Shown piece by piece: positions 33,701-40,454 of a stretch of 40,454 nt of DNA. The notes under the pieces are model-generated. The model ran no database searches, had not been told where the DNA came from, and worked only from the letters and a program-made list of their open reading frames with translations. Origin of the DNA: Phoronis australis (lineage: Eukaryota; Animalia; Phoronida). A program made the position numbers and the translations under genes. The stretch spans positions 3,305-43,758 of the forward strand of contig NMRA01001038.1 in NCBI GenBank assembly GCA_002633005.1. Direction: 5' to 3'. Each line of letters opens with the position of its first letter. Positions within the stretch are counted from its first letter, which is position 1.

Positions 33701-36374
33701 AATTCCGGGTTATTTTATCTTAATACGTTCGGCTTGTACTGTATATTAATGTAATATAATAACCTGGAAACGACAGTTAAAGGGTCACTCTTGGCGTGAG
33801 AAGCAATTTCACAGAAAATATCATGGAATCAAATTCAATAGCAATGTTACTTCATAGCAACAGACACACCATAAGGTGTACAACAAGAATACAATAACAC
33901 TAATGATTACGATCTACATGGACACTGCTCAAAATATTCTAACAGCAGTTCTATTTGTTGGAAACACCTCACTGGGTCGCTTTTTGACCAGTTTTCATGC
34001 CTTCGTTGAACGCATCAGTCAAAAACATCTTTACGCTTTCAGTCGTTATTTCAGACCTTTATGCTGACTTTAGAGTCAGAGCCCCATTGTGCTGCATGAC
34101 TCTCCTGATGTTTGGGTACTGCCTGCCTGCATTTTTACACCTGCAAATGCAAAAATCAATAAGATAGTATATGCTATCTAGTCCATTGTTAGACTACCAG
34201 AACAGCAACTGTAAAATACTCGTGAACACCACTTACAAACCTGTTCACACAAATCAAACACAGCTTTTGCAACCAAAAATCACTTCAAAAACTCACGTGA
34301 CTAAGAATCATGTGCATGACTCAGGGAAGAGTGTGTGAGGAGTGTTTATAAGCAACACAGCTGGATGCAACACCAGTAGCCTTGCTTTTTTGATGGGTAG
34401 CCATGTTTTTTGTGAATTCCCAGAATGAGCTTACAAATCTAGATGCTGTGTTCATAAGTGAGAGAGTTGTGCTGTTTGAGTAGTCTGATTGATACATTAC
34501 TCCACGTCAAAAATCCAGCCTAAATCTGTGCAAATGTCCAAGGCATGGCTGCATAGGCTGTTCAGTACCATGTTCCACAAGAGCTTCACTTTTTGTTGGG
34601 TTGTAATATAGAACATCACACAGCGCATATTGACAATTAAGTCAACTAGGAACAGTCAGTAACTAAAATGCCTAGAAAAGGTTATATGTCAAACTTACGG
34701 ATTTGTGAAGCCAAATTGAGTTCAACGAGAATGCTGTTAGATCATGAACTCCACCTTCTATTTCAATACCAGTGACATTGGCAGCCCACTTTCTCCTCAT
34801 ATCATAGCGATGATTTTCAAGTGCTGTTGGCTGTTTATCATGACAGCCCATGCTAACCTGGTGCTTGAGATCGTTTCCAGAGGCGAAAGTGCTGTTACAG
34901 CCATCTTTTGGACACAGGAATATTTATGTCTTTCGACTGCTGAAACTAGTGAAAGGTCTCAATGAGGATGCAGCATGACATTCCTCAACCACTAGTTCCA
35001 CTGGTTTGCCAATCAGAAGCAGGATTCTCCAAAACCATCCCATCTCCGATCCCATAACCTTTCTAAGCAACCACTTTTCCTGTTGAAATAGGTTACTTGG
35101 TTGTAAGCATTAGAATACAAGTCTTTTTTAAAAGTCAAGACTATTCCATTCCATCACACCTTTTACTTTTGTTTTAGACCACATACACATCTGAAACTGG
35201 TTCTCAAATGGTATGACTAAACACAGTGAGATTTCTGAGAAAAATAACACTATGTAATTGCATACAGCCCATAGGCTACTTTGAATTGTTACGTAGCTCA
35301 CATTCAAGAAGTTATTAAGCTGACGTTATCCTGGGATTTAGTGGTGAACATCCTTTGCATTCCTGAGGCTGCAAACGTACACCTTACATTACAATCACAA
35401 CCTGGATACTGCCACATACGGTGCTTTGGACATATGATCTTTTGTTCTAACAGGATGGGCAGTTCCTTTGTCTCCCACACCCCCGTTCGTGCCAGATTGC
35501 CAATCAACTCCCATTCTTCCAAGTGATCTAGTGTGTTGACACTTTTCAGGTATGTTACAACATCTTTGTTGCAAGTAACGCAACAGCTCGGTGGCTGATG
35601 CCATTTTGCTTCAGAGCGTGACCTACATTCGTGAACCTCATTCCGTTTCCTAGCTAAATGTCAATAACGCAATATTTCGCTAAAACAACACTCGAAACAA
35701 TTCTGGTTATCTTAAATGAAATTTAATATTATTTTTTTATTACGATTCATTTTCAATTTGGATCACATGTTCCATATTTTTTGCTTTGCCGCCCTCTATT
35801 GGTGGCAGTATGAAATAGGTGAAAGCGGTGAAAGTGCCTTCGCTAAATTGTAAATTCGAGATTTAAAAAGGTGCTGTCCGCGCAAATAAAGATATCTTGT
35901 CAAAGACGAGAACTGTAGCTATCACAGAACCCATGTTTGGGTGGTGAGCGATTTTGCACTCCTCTATGTAGGTCTAAATGGGTAGTTGTTTTTGGCCAGT
36001 GGAGGCAAGGCATTCAAAAGTTTCGTAAAAATATCAAAATACGTCATTCAGATCTATTTTTGACATTCTCAATTTCAAAAAGGATAGTAGTGTATAACTC
36101 AACCAAATTTTGAAATTTAAACGCCTGCAAAGTCGTTTAATTCCCATGGAAACATAGGACATTTTCAACAGCCGCGCACAAGGGGTTACGGCCAATTTTT
36201 CACCCGATTTAGTTATTCGTTATATATTTACAGTGTGATGAAAGACAAAACTAATTTTATATTTTTTTAGCTAATTCACCCCAAGTGATATGTATACTAA
36301 ATCAAATTTAAAATTCATGACATGTCATGTTCCCAGAATATTGCAAATTGCCTGACGTTCTCATGCAGTGACTA
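30795..36374. mobile_element. Sola3-like DNA transposon, decayed and internally deleted
   Basis: TTAA|GAGTCACTGCATAAGAAAGTCAGGCA...GGGAACATGACATG at the left end is mirrored by CATGTCATGTTCCC...TGCCTGACGTTCTCATGCAGTGACT at 36320-36373. Patchy TIR similarity extends ~170 bp. The right terminal base and TSD are mutated. Confidence 0.65.
33960..35604 (-). pseudogene. Multi-exon remnants of a Sola3-like transposase (N- and C-terminal parts, no DDE core seen)
   Basis: N-terminal EWELIGNLARTGVW...IICPKHR. C2H2-like FLCPKDGCNSTFASGNDLKHQVSMGCH at ~34920-34840. C-terminal VKMFLTDAFNEGMKTGQK at ~34035-33980. GT/AG sites flank the blocks. Confidence 0.6.
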
Positions 36375-37775
36375 TATTCCAACCAACTGGACGTGTAACA
36401 TCAAGCTGTATATAATGTGTTCATGCTTGCAAGCTTGACACAGGTTAAATATGTAGCCACCACATATATCACATTTGGTCTAGCGTCAACTTTTTAAACC
36501 GGGAAGCCTTTGAAAAGCGATTAGATAAGGCTTTACAATGAACACCAAAAAGCTACCAGTTATGGTCATGTAACAATTTGCTCATTTTTTTAAGATGAAA
36601 ACCTTGTTTTTTGAAAATGTGAAAATCTGACATTCTGAATTTACGATTGGTATACTCATGTACATGTGTGTCAGCTCGTCGCAACAATGCACCATGTAAA
36701 ATACGTAACATGAGACAATACTGCAGACAGTAAGAATTGTATAGGCTAAGTATTAGTCATCAATAGCACTTCATGTCACTTAAATTCCAGATGATAATAA
36801 CAGTACACTTCTGTAACTATGGAATATGCCTTAATCCTTGATACACATTGTTCAGTTGTATGCCTTTACACACAGGAGAAGTACTGAATGGAAATCATTA
36901 CGAATCTACACAAAGGTGTCATAAAGAATAATCAAGTACTGAAGGCACCGCATGCCCGTACCCTGCATGTGACTGGGGGGCTAAGCTTTAGGAGACAGAC
37001 CAAACCCGCTATCATCGATGTAAACTACTAACCTCGTCACATGAACCCCCCCCCCATGCATAGTTGGGATTAGTTTTTATCATGAATTGGCCAAATCTGT
37101 CCATAACTGGAAATGAAGAAAAAATATCCATTTTTGTGTATGTGACGTGTGGCAATGCTGAAGATAGTTTGTTGGCTTTAGTTTTAACTGGGACACTCTT
37201 AAGTCCATACAGCTGTATATACATGTAAGTTTTGTGTGTTGACGAAATTTCGAGTCGTGATACAGGATCGCAAACACGTTAAAATCGCCATTTCTTGGTT
37301 AAAATGTAGGAGCTATAGTATAACTACAATAAAATTTAAACAAATAGTACTTTATTTTAGATCTATCTATATAAAGAATTCGGTGAATTGTAGAAAGGAA
37401 TGGAAGATAATAGTTAAGATCCAACCATAGAAGCATCAATGCACTCAACTAATCACAATTGCTTGTATAGACGATCGAATGCAGGCAACACTAAAAACAC
37501 ACCCTGCCCACATCACTGGTCGACTAGAAATAGTTTTACGTAAAAACATCCTTAGTTTAAATCGTGTATATCATCTATCTTTATCGGTGGAGAAGCGAAA
37601 AAGCATAAGTCACAGTTTTCCAATTGACTAGTTACTGCAGCAGTAAGCGGCATTGCCGTTACGGTCCATGAAACAACGTCTGCCAAAGGCCGTCCAATAG
37701 GAATTCGCTTGGAAATTTGTCTCCGTCTCTACAGTGTCTATCAAGCACGCACTTAACGTGCGTACATGTATGTGT

Positions 37776-37898
37776 CAGTGTATTGTAGAAACACAATGTG
37801 CCACAGAGTGACCGCCGAAAGTGTCTTTTACAGCCAGTGTATTGTAGAAACACAATGTGCCACAGAGTGACCGCCGAAAGTGTCTTTTACAGCCAGTG
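37776..37898 (+). repeat. Perfect tandem duplication, 59 bp x 2
   Basis: 37776-37834 equals 37835-37893, with CAGTG microhomology at the junctions. Confidence 0.95.
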
Positions 37899-40275
37899 AG
37901 CAAAAAGCGGGAATTCCTACATACGCACATGCGGTTGTACACATATTTTGCACGCTTGAGTTCTGGAAAAATGCGCAACATTTTGCAGGTAGAAAACCAC
38001 GCAATTTTCGTGCCTATTCGGTATTATTCCAGAACCTAGATTACGAAAAATATCCGCAAAAAACTCGCATTAAAGGACCATTTACTATACATAGGCTCTT
38101 GAGTTTATTTGTTCAGAGATAACGACTGACGTCACTCACTACTAAGAAAACATAAAGGTTAGACACTCGAAATCTGTTTGCTCAGAATTTTCTACTCAAA
38201 TGTGCATGGAACTCCGCGAAACTAGCATCGAGCAAATCTCTGAATACCTTCTTTTATTTTATCTCTTCAAATTTGCTTCAAGTGGTGAATTGACGAGAAA
38301 AATGTCAAAAAAGCCAAAATCACAAGTTCAAGGACCTTATTTTGTGACGTAAGACGTTCATGGCAGACGATCTTCGAGCATCCGGTTTGTTGGCGGACGC
38401 TCCCGAGGAAATTCCGGAGTTGTTTTCGCGCACCCACGAATGTTATTTGACTGCCCTCCAAATAATTTATTATCAGTTTTAATGTAATTAAACTCTGAAT
38501 ATGCTAACCAACATAGTTTATAACCGTGGTACCACGGGTTGCTGGCTTCTGACGCTGGCCTACTGCGAAATCCGGCATTTGCCGTTGGTGCTTTACCGCG
38601 GCTAAACGTGTGGTCACACATCGGGAATGTCCGCCAAAAACTGAGTGTTCGTTGTACTTCCACAAAGAGTAGTACATAATGTCAAGATCAATCACAAGAT
38701 ACGCCGGTTCTTGTGATTAAATTCTAGGTTAGGTGTTAAAATGAGCCATAAGAAGAAACAAATTACACTTTTAAGTAGTAGGTTAATTTTAATAATCTCA
38801 ATCCTTGAAACTGGGGATAGATTTCTTGACTTTGACATAGGGGTTACTTGCTCAAGTTCGAAATTTTTTGTTCGACAGGCGCACAAGTTAAATCACAACT
38901 GAAATCCGCCATGTTAACTACTTTAGGTCCTTGAATTCAGAGTTTTGAGATTGTTTTGAAAATTTCGTCGCCAATTCACCACTCACAAGGATAATTTAAT
39001 GGAATCAACGAAAGATAAGGCTTCGAAGGTTTATGCAACACCAGTCAGAGGAAGATGCACGCAAATTTTATTTGGATTTGGGACAGTTGAAGTTTGGAGC
39101 CTCGGCTTTCAAAGTTTTATTGTCCAACCTTTATGTTCCATGTATATGGTTATGAGTCATCGGGAAATTCGAGCGCCTGTGCAGTTTTAATAATTGAGAA
39201 AAACAGACGCGTTAACGCAGTCGATGAAATTTCTCGCTACGTGTCAAATTTCTCACGCATTCCGCTTTGCACGTTATCATGTTCGACTCACGTTCACTGT
39301 AAAAAACTTAGGGGACTTGCAGCTACATATTGATAACAGCATGTGAAATTCTCGACGACTATTGCTTCTTAAGCTTGTGTTAGGTAAGTACCTACATGTA
39401 TATGTACTTCACAGCGATATGGATGGTGTTTGGTTCTTGTTTGATTCAAAATACTTTGGGTGCGCTTAGATCTTGTCAATCGCTGTTAGGCTATAAAAGA
39501 CGTAGTCAAGCTTTACAGAGAGTGGCGTAGATCAAAAAATCTCCCACCATAGCTACGAACGACTGGTCGTTCAAACAAGTTCAAATATTTTCAAGGAATG
39601 AGCTCGCAAAATCGATTTAAGTCCGTCAGGATGCCGTGGAGACTCACTGTATCATCGTGATCGAGATCCAAGTCGTTGATGATATACCAGTTCTACCGAA
39701 AACGGACCCAAGCTTATGTATGATTATGTGCTCGACTACTTATGACAATATACGGTACATCTGTATGCTTTTAAGTTCACATTTAGTAGCACTTAGGGTC
39801 TGTTTCCTGAAAGTGACTTAAGCCTTAAGGCAGAAGTTCCATCTTACGCTGCCACTTCTCAATTGCTGAATAAAGGTCTGGTTTAAGTAATTTTGAGCGC
39901 ATCACAGTCTTGAAATTACTTATGGCAGTTGCCACAGTTGTTAGAGACTTTCCCCTTCTGTGCATGTGAGGTTTCATTATTTTTCAGATCTAATTAGGTG
40001 AACATTAAGAAAAAATGTCTCGGTGTCTTGTGTCTCAAGACACGTCTCATGGACCAGGCACCCAAACTATTAACTTCTTTTTTTAAATCCAGGTATTAAG
40101 TGCTGGAGTCACCAAGTGCAACCTAGTTTAAGACTCATCTATATATTGTATTTGAGCACAGAGTAATAGACTCGTAACTTGTTTTGGTATTTAAGTAGAC
40201 TCGAGAATGTGAAGTTCTAGTTCGGAGATTACACACCAGGGTCACATTTCTCTTTATTGCAGGTCGTAACTAAAA

Positions 40276-40336
40276 ATGACTGCTTCGAAAATTATAATAG
40301 CAGTGGTATTCCTACTGATGCACCACCAGGAACCAG
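40276..40336 (+). CDS. Probable first coding exon (signal peptide) of a secreted or membrane protein continuing beyond the window
   Basis: Acceptor catttctctttattgcag| at 40263, AAAAATGA start context, MTASKIIIAVVFLLMHHQEP, phase-1 donor |gtaaat at 40337. Confidence 0.55.
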
Positions 40337-40454
40337 GTAAATGTCTCACTTTAGTAGGCGTCTTCTTTAGTTGTATATTGCAATTTTCTACAAGGTAATA
40401 GGCTCCTCTTCTTACCAGAAGCATGACATGCGCACACCCAGGGGGGGGGGGGGG

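Noticed and set aside
25863-33800. Further Kolobok-like ends TTAA|AGG at ~25863, ~33127 and ~33778
   Set aside because: No partner TIRs were found, and the short motif is expected by chance in AT-rich DNA.
36400-39300. Short ORFs in the right-hand region
   Set aside because: No recognisable domains or consistent splice structure. Lengths of 60-100 aa are expected by chance.

Overview
AT-rich eukaryotic (metazoan, probably marine invertebrate) genomic DNA made almost entirely of nested, decayed DNA transposons. It is not prokaryotic, and most ORFs in the supplied track are spurious. Main contents: (i) three internally deleted Kolobok-type elements (TTAA target duplications, AG...CT termini; 9967-14699, 18978-20080, 27595-29284), each with a THAP gene facing a convergent gene resembling the P2X7 C-terminal ballast domain (KolX); (ii) several ISL2EU/Harbinger-type remnants (THAP, DDE_Tnp_4 transposase, SAP/SWIM/YqaJ exonuclease), one with its two genes apparently interleaved on opposite strands (21.5-24.9 kb); (iii) a Sola3-like element (30795-36374); (iv) a solo-LTR-like sequence with an array of heat-shock elements upstream of its TATA box; (v) an SGNH-hydrolase fragment of DIRS/Ngaro type, MITEs, tRNA-derived SINE heads and short tandem repeats. 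Host-gene sequence is limited to one isolated RNA polymerase I large subunit (POLR1A) exon, which probably sits on a mis-scaffolded contig between two N gaps, and a likely signal-peptide exon at the right edge. I found no intact novel enzyme system. All family calls come from visual motif recognition, not database searches.
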